IMG/VR virus record: IMGVR_UViG_3300017650_000126
Location: 1 to 30,631 of that record
Origin: a virus
Taxonomy: Duplodnaviria > Caudoviricetes
DNA: 30,631 nt
Direction: 5' to 3' (one strand)
Below are positions 1-8,788 of this stretch, piece after piece. The notes under the pieces are model-generated. The model saw only the letters and a list, made by a program, of their open reading frames with translations, searched no databases and was not told the origin of the DNA. Both the position numbers and the translations under genes were made by a program. Numbering within the stretch: the first letter of the stretch is position 1; every line of letters begins with the position of its first letter.

Positions 1-2
1 CA

Positions 3-1703
3 GGCGTCCACGCCATCGGTTATGGCCGGCGCTTCCACTCGCTCGGGTCCAACACGACGGGCATCGAGGCCTATTCCCACGGCCGCTATTTCACCGTCAC
101 CGGCGAGAGCACGGGGCAGGGTGAGATTTGCGACATCGCCGACTTCGTGGAGGCCCGCCTGGCGCCGCTCCACAGCCCGCGGCCGCAGGACACCAGCGCC
201 GCCGCGCCCAGCCCGTCTGGCTCGCTTACGGGCGCGCTGGCCGCCCGCGACCTGCGCTCGGCGCTGGCGTCGATGCGCTCCGACGACCGCGACCTGTGGG
301 TGCGCATGGGCCACGCCCTCAAGCCCCTCGGCGACATCGGCCGCGGCCTCTGGCTGGAGTGGTCGCAGACCTCCGACAAGTACGATCCGGCCGACGCGGC
401 GCGGGTGTGGGACAGTTTCCAGCCCAGCCACACCGATCATCGCGCCGTGTTCGCCGAGGCGCAGCGGCAGGGGTGGGCGAACCCGGGAAAGGGGGTCGGT
501 CAGGACGACCTCCCTCGCCACGATCCCGAGACGGGTGAGATCCTCGAGGACGACGCTTCCACCCCCATCATCCAGGCGACGCCCTATCAGTGGGTGCCGG
601 CTTCGCAGATTCCGCCGCGAGACATTCTCTACGGCAGGCACCTCTTCAGGAAGTTCCTTTCCGCCACCGTGGCGCCGGGGGGCGTCGGTAAGTCGTCCCT
701 GGAGATCGTCGAAACCCTCGCCATGGTCACCGGTCGGACGCTGATCGGCGAAGCGCCCAAGCGCCCGCTCTCCGTCTGGTACTGGAACGGCGAAGACCCG
801 CTCGAAGAGTTGCAACGGCGGATCGCCGCGAGCTGCCTGCACTACAGGATCGGCCCGGAGGACATCGACGGCCGGCTCTACGTGGATAGCGGCCGCACCC
901 TGGAAATCATCGTCGTCACCGAAGACCGGGACGGCGCCAAGATCGCGACGCCCGTTGTCGATGCGCTCGTCGCCGAGGTGAAAGCCCGAGGCATCGACGT
1001 CCTGATCATCGACCCGTTCGTGGCCTGTCACGCGGTCAGCGAGAACGACAACAGCAAGATCGAACTCGTGGTCAAGCAGTGGATGCGTGTCGCCGAAGAG
1101 GGCGGGTGCGCCATCGAGCTTGTCCACCACGTCAGGAAGCCCGCTGGCGGCGTCCAAGAGACGACCGTGGACGACGCCCGCGGCGCCGGCGCGCTCCTGG
1201 CCAAGGTGCGCTCAGCGCGGGTCCTGAACGGCATGAGCATGGCTGACGCGGCCGAAGTCGGCATCGAGGCGCATGAGCGCTGGGCCTACTTCAGGGTCGA
1301 TAACGGCAAGGCAAATCTGATGCCCCGCGGGGGCGATGCGAAGTGGCGAAAGATGGTCGGGGTCGCCCTCGGCAACCGTGTGGACGTGATGGAAGACAAC
1401 GTGGGCGTGGCGACGGAATGGGTGAAGCCGGACGCGTTCCGGGGTGTCGGTGAACGCGGCCTGATGGCCGTTCGTGCGGCCGTGGCGGTGGGCGAGTGGC
1501 GCGAGGACATCAGGGCCTCGAATTGGGTGGGTGTGGCGGTGGCGGGCGCGCTGGGCATCGATCTGGACGAGGTCCAGGCCAAGGCGCGCGTGAAAACGAT
1601 GATCAAAACATGGGTGCAAAACGGCGTCCTCGAAGTCGTCCAAGGCTTCGATCAGGCGCGCCGTCCGAAGAACTTCGTGGTCGTCGGAAAGGACAAGGAA
1701 TGA
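3..1703 (+). CDS. Phage primase-helicase (prim-pol C-terminal part, PriCT-2-like domain, AAA_25/RepA-type helicase); 5' truncated by window
   Basis: Frame is open from base 3 (GVHAIG...IEAYSHGRYFTVTG, prim-pol-like); WVRMGHALK..WLEWSQTSDKYD is PriCT-2-like; Walker A APGGVGKS, Walker B VLIIDP, VHHVRK, DDARGAGAL. Confidence 0.9.
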   Translation, partial: GVHAIGYGRRFHSLGSNTTGIEAYSHGRYFTVTGESTGQGEICDIADFVEARLAPLHSPRPQDTSAAAPSPSGSLTGALAARDLRSALASMRSDDRDLWVRMGHALKPLGDIGRGLWLEWSQTSDKYDPADAARVWDSFQPSHTDHRAVFAEAQRQGWANPGKGVGQDDLPRHDPETGEILEDDASTPIIQATPYQWVPASQIPPRDILYGRHLFRKFLSATVAPGGVGKSSLEIVETLAMVTGRTLIGEAPKRPLSVWYWNGEDPLEELQRRIAASCLHYRIGPEDIDGRLYVDSGRTLEIIVVTEDRDGAKIATPVVDALVAEVKARGIDVLIIDPFVACHAVSENDNSKIELVVKQWMRVAEEGGCAIELVHHVRKPAGGVQETTVDDARGAGALLAKVRSARVLNGMSMADAAEVGIEAHERWAYFRVDNGKANLMPRGGDAKWRKMVGVALGNRVDVMEDNVGVATEWVKPDAFRGVGERGLMAVRAAVAVGEWREDIRASNWVGVAVAGALGIDLDEVQAKARVKTMIKTWVQNGVLEVVQGFDQARRPKNFVVVGKDKE

Positions 1704-1725
1704 CCTGCTCAAGTCCAGAAAACCA

Positions 1726-1864
1726 ACTGGAGCAGACTGGAGCAACTGGAGCAATTTCGCCTGCTCAGGTCCTCTCTACCCACCACCCCCTTAAGGGGGT
1801 GGGTAGGAGTGGAGCACTGGAGCAGCGGCCGAAAACGAACTGGAGCATGCTCGGAACTGGAGCG
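1726..1864. repeat. Iteron-like ACTGGAGCA repeats flanking a palindrome; probable phage replication origin
   Basis: ACTGGAGCA at 1726, 1736, 1745, 1816, 1839; variants at 1809 and 1856; perfect 18-bp palindrome CACCCCCTTAAGGGGGTG at 1784-1801. Confidence 0.75.
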
Positions 1865-1869
1865 GCCCC

Positions 1870-2427
1870 ATGTCGCTGAGCCCCGCCGACGCCACCACGA
1901 TCACGGCGCACCAGATGGGCGTTGACCAAGCTGCCCGTGACGCCGAACTCGAATGGGGCGTGGACCGGCTCCCGTTCCTCGTCGACGCCGAACTGCGCGC
2001 CCGGTTCCTCCTGGCGCAGTCGCAGTGGTCGGAGGTGCTGAACGCCGCCTGGTCCGCCGACATCCTGACGCGAGACATGCTCGACCTCGTCACCCGCAAG
2101 GCCGCCGCCCTGATCCGCGGCTGGGCGAAGCTGGCGGAGGTCGCGTCCGAGGCCGGGCACCGTCGCCTGTCGCCCGACGTGTGGACATTCCGGCTGACGG
2201 ACGGCTCGTCCGCCGCGATCACGCGGACGACGGCTGAGGCCGCGGCGGAGATCCGGTCGGGCCGCAACCTGCGGGTCTACACCCTGGAGGAGGTGGCTCA
2301 CCTGATCGAGGCCGCGGGCTTCGTCGGCGACGTCAAGGACGCCTTTCCCGGCGCCGTCGTCACTGGTGGCCGGGCGCCGCCAACCGATCGGTCGTGGACG
2401 AAATCCGGCGATGACATACCGTTTTGA
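1870..2427 (+). CDS. Phage hypothetical protein with acidic DDIPF C-terminal tail
   Basis: 185-aa ORF, host-like codon usage, GGAG upstream, ends GDDIPF. Confidence 0.8.
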   Translation: MSLSPADATTITAHQMGVDQAARDAELEWGVDRLPFLVDAELRARFLLAQSQWSEVLNAAWSADILTRDMLDLVTRKAAALIRGWAKLAEVASEAGHRRLSPDVWTFRLTDGSSAAITRTTAEAAAEIRSGRNLRVYTLEEVAHLIEAAGFVGDVKDAFPGAVVTGGRAPPTDRSWTKSGDDIPF

Positions 2428-2435
2428 GGCGAGAC

Positions 2436-2912
2436 ATGGACAGTGAAACGAGGAAGGCTTCGAAGGATCGATACCGGGAGCGCAATCGCGAGAAGATCAA
2501 CGCTAAAGAACGAGAGCGACGTTTGACTGATCCCGAACGCTCTCGGGCTAGAAGTGCCAAATGGCGGAAAAATAACCTCGAAGCAGCTCGCGAAATGTGC
2601 CGGAAGAGAGCTGCTGTTGTTAGGTCGGAGCGGCCAGATGATATCCGCTCAATTAAGCGCGGCTGTGAGTCTTTTCGACGAGCAAGGATATCTGGTCGAT
2701 TGGCTCCATGGATGACAAATGAGGAGCGAGAACAGATCAAGCAGTTTTACGCGAACTGCCCTCCGCAACATGAGGTTGATCACATTGTTCCGTTGAGGGG
2801 CCACCTTGTCAGCGGTCTGCACACGATCTCAAACCTTCAATACATCACGAAATCAGAGAACCGCCGCAAGGGTAATCGACTGGTGAAGCACGGCGACGAT
2901 CTGCCGTTTTGA
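2436..2912 (+). CDS. HNH endonuclease (free-standing, homing type)
   Basis: HEVDHIVPLRG...SGLHTISNLQYITKSENRRKGN HNH motif; basic helical N-terminus; visibly lower GC than neighbours; ATG at 2436 preferred to TTG at 2424. Confidence 0.9.
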   Translation: MDSETRKASKDRYRERNREKINAKERERRLTDPERSRARSAKWRKNNLEAAREMCRKRAAVVRSERPDDIRSIKRGCESFRRARISGRLAPWMTNEEREQIKQFYANCPPQHEVDHIVPLRGHLVSGLHTISNLQYITKSENRRKGNRLVKHGDDLPF

Positions 2913-2921
2913 GGGGCGAGA

Positions 2922-3623
2922 ATGACCATCATCGAGATCAACCAACCGCTCGGCAATCACGCCGTCGGATCACGTCGGGGAACCATCATGGGCAAGAAAA
3001 ACCACATCCGCCGCGGGCGTCCGTACGACCCGGCTGAGGCGGCGCGCAAGCGGGCGGAGCAGGAGGGCAGGGCGCGCGCCAACAGCGCTGCTCAGCGCGC
3101 CGATCCGGCGCAATGGGGCGTCAACCGCGCGGCGATGCAGCTCGTCGCCAACGAGGACGTCCATGCCGTCGACGCCGAGCGCGGCAAGGTGGCTCGGGTG
3201 CGGCGGTTCGACGTGTTCGCCCTTCTGCACAGCCGGGACGCGCTCCCGTCGTCGCATCTGGCGGCCGTGCGGCGGCTGCAGAACGCTATCGCCATCCTGC
3301 ACGCCACCGGCGGCGAGGTGGACTATCACCGGGTGGACTTTGGCGGCGTGAAGGCCAACGGCTTGAGCGGCGCCCGGCTTGAGGCTGGGGCGGAGGCGGC
3401 GGCGATCCTGGCGGGCTGCGGTGAGCGCCAGGGAGCGCTTCTGACGGCTCTCTGCGTTCCTGAGGTGGTGGAGGGGCGGCGGGTCAACTGGCGGGCCGTG
3501 GTGGAGCGCCTGGCGGGCGAGATCGACCATCGCCGCCAGGCGGACACCGTTCGGGCTGTTTCGGCGGCTTGCTGCGACGCGTACGTGGCGTGGGACAACC
3601 GCGCTCGGGAAAGGGCGGCGTGA
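2922..3623 (+). CDS. Putative late-gene regulator (Q/antiterminator-like position); start may be 2988
   Basis: Basic helical 233-aa ORF, last gene before the late promoter-terminator leader; function inferred from position only. Confidence 0.6.
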   Translation: MTIIEINQPLGNHAVGSRRGTIMGKKNHIRRGRPYDPAEAARKRAEQEGRARANSAAQRADPAQWGVNRAAMQLVANEDVHAVDAERGKVARVRRFDVFALLHSRDALPSSHLAAVRRLQNAIAILHATGGEVDYHRVDFGGVKANGLSGARLEAGAEAAAILAGCGERQGALLTALCVPEVVEGRRVNWRAVVERLAGEIDHRRQADTVRAVSAACCDAYVAWDNRARERAA

Positions 3624-3654
3624 CGATGGTCGGCATCAAATCGCGACCGCCCCC

Positions 3655-3684
3655 TTGACGCCACGCGCGAAATCTGCGTAGATC
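3655..3684 (+). promoter_or_regulatory. Putative sigma70 late promoter
   Basis: TTGACG (3655-3660) and CGTAGATC (3677-3684), resembling the Caulobacter TTGACG...GCTANAWC consensus. Confidence 0.6.
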
Positions 3685-3708
3685 GTCACAATTCGATTGC
3701 TGCGACTG

Positions 3709-3739
3709 AAGCCCCGCGCCCTAACCGGCCGGGGCTTTT
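3709..3739 (+). terminator. Intrinsic terminator in late leader
   Basis: AAGCCCCG (3709-3716) pairs with CGGGGCTT (3730-3737), ending in TTTT. Confidence 0.6.
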
Positions 3740-3841
3740 GCGTTCAGCCGCCCCCATCGCGCCCAGGCGGACGCGGGACACGCACCGCCAAACCCTGACG
3801 CCGAGGTCTGACCTGCGGCGCGACCCCACGAGGACAGCAAC

Positions 3842-3955
3842 ATGTTCGCCATCGGCGCCGCATTCGGCGCGTGGGCCATGGTCGCCGTGTTCGCCGCCTT
3901 CCGCCCCAAGCCTCAACCCCGCGATGAACGCGGCAGATTCGTCCGGAGATCCTGA
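3842..3955 (+). CDS. Small membrane protein, 37 aa (not in ORF track)
   Basis: MFAIGAAFGAWAMVAVFAAFRPKPQPRDERGRFVRRS; GAGGA RBS; TGA overlaps ATG of next gene (TGATG). Confidence 0.65.
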   Translation: MFAIGAAFGAWAMVAVFAAFRPKPQPRDERGRFVRRS

Positions 3956-4362
3956 TGGCCACTGAGCAGACCTACACCCGTTCCCGCGAGGCTGGCACGC
4001 CCTCCGCCCGCCCGAGCTACGCCCAGATCGTCCCCGTCACCATGGCGGCCGGCGCCACGACGCAAGCGACGATCACCGTACCCATCGGCTCAGCGCTCGG
4101 CGCGATCCGGGCGGAGGTGGCCACCGCGTTCACCGGCTCGCCGACCAACATCAACCTGACTGTCGGCACCGCTGCGGCAGGCGCCCAGGTCGTCGCAGCC
4201 ACCGACGTCAAGGCGCAGGGGCACATCGCCTGCACCATCGTGTCGACGTTCGACAGCGTGGCGGGCACGGACGTCTACTACCTGCAGATCGCCGCCGTGG
4301 GCGGCACCAATCCCGCCGGTACAGTGAACGTCGTGCTGACGTATCACCCGCCGGGGATCTAG
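3955..4362 (+). CDS. Putative virion structural/decoration protein (beta-rich)
   Basis: 135 aa, Thr/Ala/Val/Gly-rich with alternating beta pattern (VATAFTGS..NINLTVGT). Confidence 0.6.
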   Translation: MATEQTYTRSREAGTPSARPSYAQIVPVTMAAGATTQATITVPIGSALGAIRAEVATAFTGSPTNINLTVGTAAAGAQVVAATDVKAQGHIACTIVSTFDSVAGTDVYYLQIAAVGGTNPAGTVNVVLTYHPPGI

Positions 4363-4385
4363 AAAAACAATCGGCGGAAATCATC

Positions 4386-4655
4386 ATGGCTGGCGGCGCT
4401 AGACCAGGAGCAGGGCGCCCCAAGGGTGTGCCGAATAAAGTAACTGCAGACGTGAAAGCTCTGGCGCAACAGTACGCGCCCGACGCTATGCGTAGGCTGA
4501 ACGATATCGCCATGAATAGCGAAAGCGACGCGGCCTCTGTTGCTGCGATCAAGGAGCTTCTGGACCGCGGATACGGCAAGGCGAAGCAGCCGCTGGTTGG
4601 TGGGGGTGAGGGCGACGCGCCGATCCGGAACGAGCTGACGGTCAAGTTTGTCTGA
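4386..4655 (+). CDS. terS: Terminase small subunit
   Basis: GGARPGAGRPKGVPNK N-terminal motif, LLDRGYGK; immediately upstream of and overlapping terL. Confidence 0.8.
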   Translation: MAGGARPGAGRPKGVPNKVTADVKALAQQYAPDAMRRLNDIAMNSESDAASVAAIKELLDRGYGKAKQPLVGGGEGDAPIRNELTVKFV

Positions 4656-5910
4656 CGTCCAGATCCCGGCCGCCTTCCGCGAACTGTTCACGGAGGGATG
4701 GCGGGACGCGGCCTACTACGGCGGGCGGGGCGGGGCCAAGTCTCACAGCGTCGGCGGCGCCCTCGTCATCCAGGCGGCGGCCAAGCCGCTCCGCATCGTC
4801 TGCGCCCGTGAGATCCAGGAGAGCCTGAAGGACTCGGTCAAGCAACTGATCGAGGACAAGATCAGCGACTACGGGCTGCAGGACCATTTCGAGGCGCTGC
4901 GAGACGAGACCCGGGCCAAGAACGGCGGCGGGTTCATCTACAAGGGCGTCTGGCGCAACCCCGACGCTCTGAAGTCGCTGGAAGGCGCAGATGTGTTCTG
5001 GGGGGAGGAGGCCAACCGCTTCTCCGCCCGCTCCATCCGCCTGATCCGACCGACCCTGCGCAAGCCGGGAAGCCGGATGATATGGACGTGGAACCCGGAG
5101 TTCGACCACGACCCCATCGACAAACTGTTTCGCGGTCCCGCGGGACCGCCGCCCAACAGCATCGTCCGAGAGGTAAGCTGGCGGGACAATCCGTGGTTCG
5201 GCGACACGCCGCTTCAGGCGGAGATGGAGAACGACTACCGGTCCGATCCCGCGACCGCCGAGCACGTGTGGGGCGGGCAGTATGCCGTCGCCGTCGAGGG
5301 CGCCTACTACGCCGCCCAGCTCGCCAAGGCGCGCGAAGAGGGCCGGGTCACGGCCGTCGCCAAGGACCCCATCCTGCGCGTCCGCGCCTATTGGGACCTC
5401 GGCCGCCGTGATGCGACGGCGATCTGGATCTGCCAGTTCGTCGACCGGTCCATCGTCGTGCTCGACTACATCGAAGGGCGAGGGCAGCAGCTCGGCTACT
5501 ACATCGCGGAGATGCAGCGCCGGGGCTGGGGCGATGCCCTGTGCGGCCTGCCTCACGACGGCGTGCACGTGCGCCTGGAGTCGCCGGGCTCGGTGGAGCA
5601 GCAGCTACGGGCCGCGGGCTTCGAGGTGGACGTCACCTCCAACCAGGGGGCCGGCGCCGCCATGCAGCGTGTGGAGGCCGCCAGGCGGCTGTTCCCGCGC
5701 ATCTGGTTCAACGACACGCCGGAGCTGGCGTCCGGTCTCAAGGCGCTCGGGGCCTACCACGAGAAGCGGGACGAGAAGCGCAACGTGGGCCTAGGCCCCG
5801 AGCACGACTGGGCGTCCGACCCCGCCGACGCCTTCGGCCTGATGTGCGTCGCCTACGAAGAACCACAGGCCTACGCGCCGCTCCGTCGCGGCATCCGCGG
5901 CATCGTTTGA
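4648..5910 (+). CDS. terL: Terminase large subunit (PBSX/Sf6-like)
   Basis: YGGRGGAKS Walker A, CAREIQESLKDSV, WGEEA Walker B, PTLRKPGS, WNP, WDLG nuclease motif, HDWASDPADAF; TTG start. Confidence 0.95.
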   Translation: MSDVQIPAAFRELFTEGWRDAAYYGGRGGAKSHSVGGALVIQAAAKPLRIVCAREIQESLKDSVKQLIEDKISDYGLQDHFEALRDETRAKNGGGFIYKGVWRNPDALKSLEGADVFWGEEANRFSARSIRLIRPTLRKPGSRMIWTWNPEFDHDPIDKLFRGPAGPPPNSIVREVSWRDNPWFGDTPLQAEMENDYRSDPATAEHVWGGQYAVAVEGAYYAAQLAKAREEGRVTAVAKDPILRVRAYWDLGRRDATAIWICQFVDRSIVVLDYIEGRGQQLGYYIAEMQRRGWGDALCGLPHDGVHVRLESPGSVEQQLRAAGFEVDVTSNQGAGAAMQRVEAARRLFPRIWFNDTPELASGLKALGAYHEKRDEKRNVGLGPEHDWASDPADAFGLMCVAYEEPQAYAPLRRGIRGIV

Positions 5911-5917
5911 GGTCCAC

Positions 5918-6157
5918 ATGATCCCCAATGGCTTCAACCCGGCCCGCGCGGTCGCGGTCACCAAGTCGGACACGGCGCCCAACGCCTACGACGCCCTGTA
6001 CGTCGGCGGCGCCGGCAATGTGGCGGTGACCACGGCGGGCGGCGACGTCGTGACGTTCACAGCCGTGCCCGTGGGAACCATCCTGCCGGTGAAGACGTCG
6101 CTCGTCATGTCCACCAACACGACCGCGACGCTCATCCTGGGGCTGTGGCAAGCCTGA
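5918..6157 (+). CDS. Head spike base protein (RcGTA Rcc01079-like)
   Basis: AVAVTKSD...ALYVGGAGNVAV..AGGDVVTF..VPVGTILPV...V.STNTTAT pattern typical of this ~80-aa family. Confidence 0.75.
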   Translation: MIPNGFNPARAVAVTKSDTAPNAYDALYVGGAGNVAVTTAGGDVVTFTAVPVGTILPVKTSLVMSTNTTATLILGLWQA

Positions 6158-8304
6158 TGGACCTCGAAACGCTGGAGTCGTCGGTCCGCGCAGAGATCAG
6201 CGACGCCACCAGCTTCATCGACACCAACATAGGCCTCCAGCGCATGGAGGCGACGAAGTACTATCGTGGCGAACTCTTCGGCGACGAGGAGGAGGGGCGC
6301 AGCCAGGTCGTCAGCCGCGACGTGCACGACGTCATCGGCCAGTACATGCCCTCGCTCATGCGCATGTTCTTTGGCCCTGAAAAGGTCGTCGAGTTCGTCC
6401 CGCAGAACGCCGAAGACGTCGAGAGCGCCGAGCAGGCGACCGACTACATCAATTACATCGTCCAGCGGGACAATCCCGGCTTCGAGGTCTTCTATTCGGC
6501 GTTCAAGGACGCCCTGGTCCGCAAGGCCGGCTTCATCAAGTGGTGGTGGGACGAGAGCGAAGAGGTCACCACGGCCGAGTATACCGGCCTGGATGATATG
6601 GCCCTGACCAAGCTCATGGAGGATCTGGAGGCCGCCCAAAAGGCCGAGATCGTCGAGTCCAAGCAGGGTGAGGACGGCCTGTCGATCACGGTCAAGCTGA
6701 CCAGGGTCAAGGATCGAGCCTGCATCGCCTGCTTGCCGCCCGAGGAGTTCCTGATCAACCGCCGGGCGCGGGATATCGACAGCGCTACCTTCGTTGCGCA
6801 TCGGTGCATGAAGACCGTCTCGGACCTCGTCGCCCTCGGGTTCGACAAGGACGAGGTCGAGGGCGCGTCGCAGTCCGCCGACGAGATGCAGTTCAACCTG
6901 GAGACCCAGGCGCGCAACCAGTACCAGACGGTGTGGGGTCAGGTGGGCGGCGAAGACCCGACCATGCGCCTCGTGCTCTACATCGAGGGCTACATCCGCG
7001 CCGACGTCGATGGCGACGGCATCGCCGAGCTGGTGAAGGTCTGCGCCATCGGGCCGAGCAACAAGCTCGTCCACCACGAGGCCGTCGACACCACGCCATT
7101 CGCCGCCTTCCACGCCGACCCGGAGCCGCACACCTTCTTCGGCATGTGCCCGGCCGACAACGTGATGGACATCCAGCGCAGCAAGTCGGCGCTCCTGCGC
7201 GCCACGCTGGACAGCATCTCCCTCGCCATCAATCCGCGCACCGTCGTCACGGCCGGCGCCAACCTCGACGACGTGATGAACACGGAGATCGGCGCGATCA
7301 TCCGCGCCAAGGCTCCGACCGACATCACGCAGCTTGTGACCCCCGACGTCAGCGGCGCCGGGTTCCAGGGCCTGACCTACATGGATCAGGTCAAGGAGGC
7401 CCGCACCGGCATGTCGCGCGTCTCGCAGGGGCTCGCGCCCGAGACGCTGCAGACCATGACGGCGACGGCCTCCAGCGCCCAGTTCACCCAGTCGCAGCAG
7501 CACATCGAACTGATCGGCCGCATCTTCGCCGAAACCGGCATGAAGCGCCTGTTCCGCGGCCTGCTGAAGCTCGTGGTGGAGAACCAGCGCAAGTCGCGCA
7601 TGGTGCAGCTCCGCAACAAGTGGACGGAGATCGACCCCCGCGCCTGGCGCGTCGACATGGACGTTACGGCGAATGTGGCGCTGGGCGGCGGCACGAACCA
7701 GGAGAAGCTGGGCCTGCTCATGCAGGTCAAGCAGACGCAGGAGCAGATCCTCCTCAGCGTGCCTGGCAACCCCATCGTCGGCCTGCCGGAGTACCACAAC
7801 ACCCTGTCGCAGATCCTCCAGATCGGCGGCTTCAAGAACCCCGACGCCTTCTTCAAGGACCCGGCCAACGCGCCTCCGCAAGAGGCCAAGCCCGAGCCGC
7901 CGAACCCCGACCTGATCAAGGTGCAGGGCGAGCAGCAGGTGGCCGCCCAGAAGCTCCAGATCGAGCAAGGCAGGCTGCAGCTCGACGCGACGCGCATGCA
8001 GATGGACGCCCAGGCGCAGGAGCACGCGCAGAAGCTGGCCGAGTACAGGCTGCAACTCGACGCCCAGAACGCCGAAGCGGATCGCGCGGTCGACCAGGCG
8101 CTCAAGCTGGCGGATCTGAACGCCAAGTACAAGACCTCGGTCACGGTCGCCCAGATCAAGGCCGAGGCCGAACAGTTCCGCGGCCATGTCGACCTCGCCA
8201 TTCAGGCGTCGGAGGCTGGTCACGCCGAGCGCATGGCGCACGCGGACCGTGAGAACGCCAAAGAAAACGCTGCTGAAGGCGGTTCGGAGGCGGGAGAGGG
8301 CTGA
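6157..8304 (+). CDS. Portal protein (P22-like, long C-terminal helical barrel)
   Basis: YYRGE..G.EEEGRSQVVSRDV, F...FKDAL..K.G.IK.WW, D.DGDGIAEL, Gln/Ala coiled-coil C-terminus; ATG at 6157 coupled by TGATG. Confidence 0.93.
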   Translation: MDLETLESSVRAEISDATSFIDTNIGLQRMEATKYYRGELFGDEEEGRSQVVSRDVHDVIGQYMPSLMRMFFGPEKVVEFVPQNAEDVESAEQATDYINYIVQRDNPGFEVFYSAFKDALVRKAGFIKWWWDESEEVTTAEYTGLDDMALTKLMEDLEAAQKAEIVESKQGEDGLSITVKLTRVKDRACIACLPPEEFLINRRARDIDSATFVAHRCMKTVSDLVALGFDKDEVEGASQSADEMQFNLETQARNQYQTVWGQVGGEDPTMRLVLYIEGYIRADVDGDGIAELVKVCAIGPSNKLVHHEAVDTTPFAAFHADPEPHTFFGMCPADNVMDIQRSKSALLRATLDSISLAINPRTVVTAGANLDDVMNTEIGAIIRAKAPTDITQLVTPDVSGAGFQGLTYMDQVKEARTGMSRVSQGLAPETLQTMTATASSAQFTQSQQHIELIGRIFAETGMKRLFRGLLKLVVENQRKSRMVQLRNKWTEIDPRAWRVDMDVTANVALGGGTNQEKLGLLMQVKQTQEQILLSVPGNPIVGLPEYHNTLSQILQIGGFKNPDAFFKDPANAPPQEAKPEPPNPDLIKVQGEQQVAAQKLQIEQGRLQLDATRMQMDAQAQEHAQKLAEYRLQLDAQNAEADRAVDQALKLADLNAKYKTSVTVAQIKAEAEQFRGHVDLAIQASEAGHAERMAHADRENAKENAAEGGSEAGEG

Positions 8305-8492
8305 TGGACGAGGACTACCCCGAGTTTCCGCATATCGGCGGGTCCGGCTCGCTGCATGACCTGCACTCCGAAGAGCCGGAGCCGCGGCTGTGGCGGATGA
8401 AGTCCGTCAGCCAAGCCGCCGCCATAGCGATGGCGCACAAGCCGAAACCTGTGCGCCGGCCCATGGGCTTCCATCTGCCGTCGGCCCGATGA
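8304..8492 (+). CDS. Hypothetical protein, 62 aa
   Basis: Start overlaps portal stop (TGATG), stop overlaps next start (ATGA); GGGAGAGG RBS. Confidence 0.6.
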   Translation: MDEDYPEFPHIGGSGSLHDLHSEEPEPRLWRMKSVSQAAAIAMAHKPKPVRRPMGFHLPSAR

Positions 8493-8779
8493 ACACCGAC
8501 GAAATCCTCACCCGCGGCCGCGCCGCGCGCGAATTGCTGGAGAACGAGACCTTCGCGCAAGTCGTCAACGAACTGCGCGATCGGGTGATGCAGGACTGGC
8601 GCAACACCTCCTCGGGCGCCGCGTCTCTGCGTGAGGTCCACCACGCGCAGGTGTCCGCCCTGGACGCCATCGAGGGCGAACTGCGCAGCCGCGTGGACGC
8701 CGCCAAGTACGAGGAAGCCAGGATCGAGAAGGAAGCGCAGCGGGCGTCCGCCCGGCGCCTCAATCCCTTCCGCAACTAG
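8489..8779 (+). CDS. Small helical head-module protein
   Basis: RGRAARELLENETF..VV.EL.....W pattern seen between portal and scaffold genes; ATGA coupling at 8489. Confidence 0.75.
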   Translation: MNTDEILTRGRAARELLENETFAQVVNELRDRVMQDWRNTSSGAASLREVHHAQVSALDAIEGELRSRVDAAKYEEARIEKEAQRASARRLNPFRN

Positions 8780-8788
8780 GGACAGCAC

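Noticed and set aside
1726-1864. Possible CRISPR or mini-array
   Set aside because: Repeats are only 9 bp with irregular spacing and no cas genes; iteron interpretation fits better
1496-1879. 127-aa ORF across the repeat region
   Set aside because: Overlaps the helicase gene out of frame and merely translates the repeats; a short 1700-1879 ORF cannot be excluded but is unsupported
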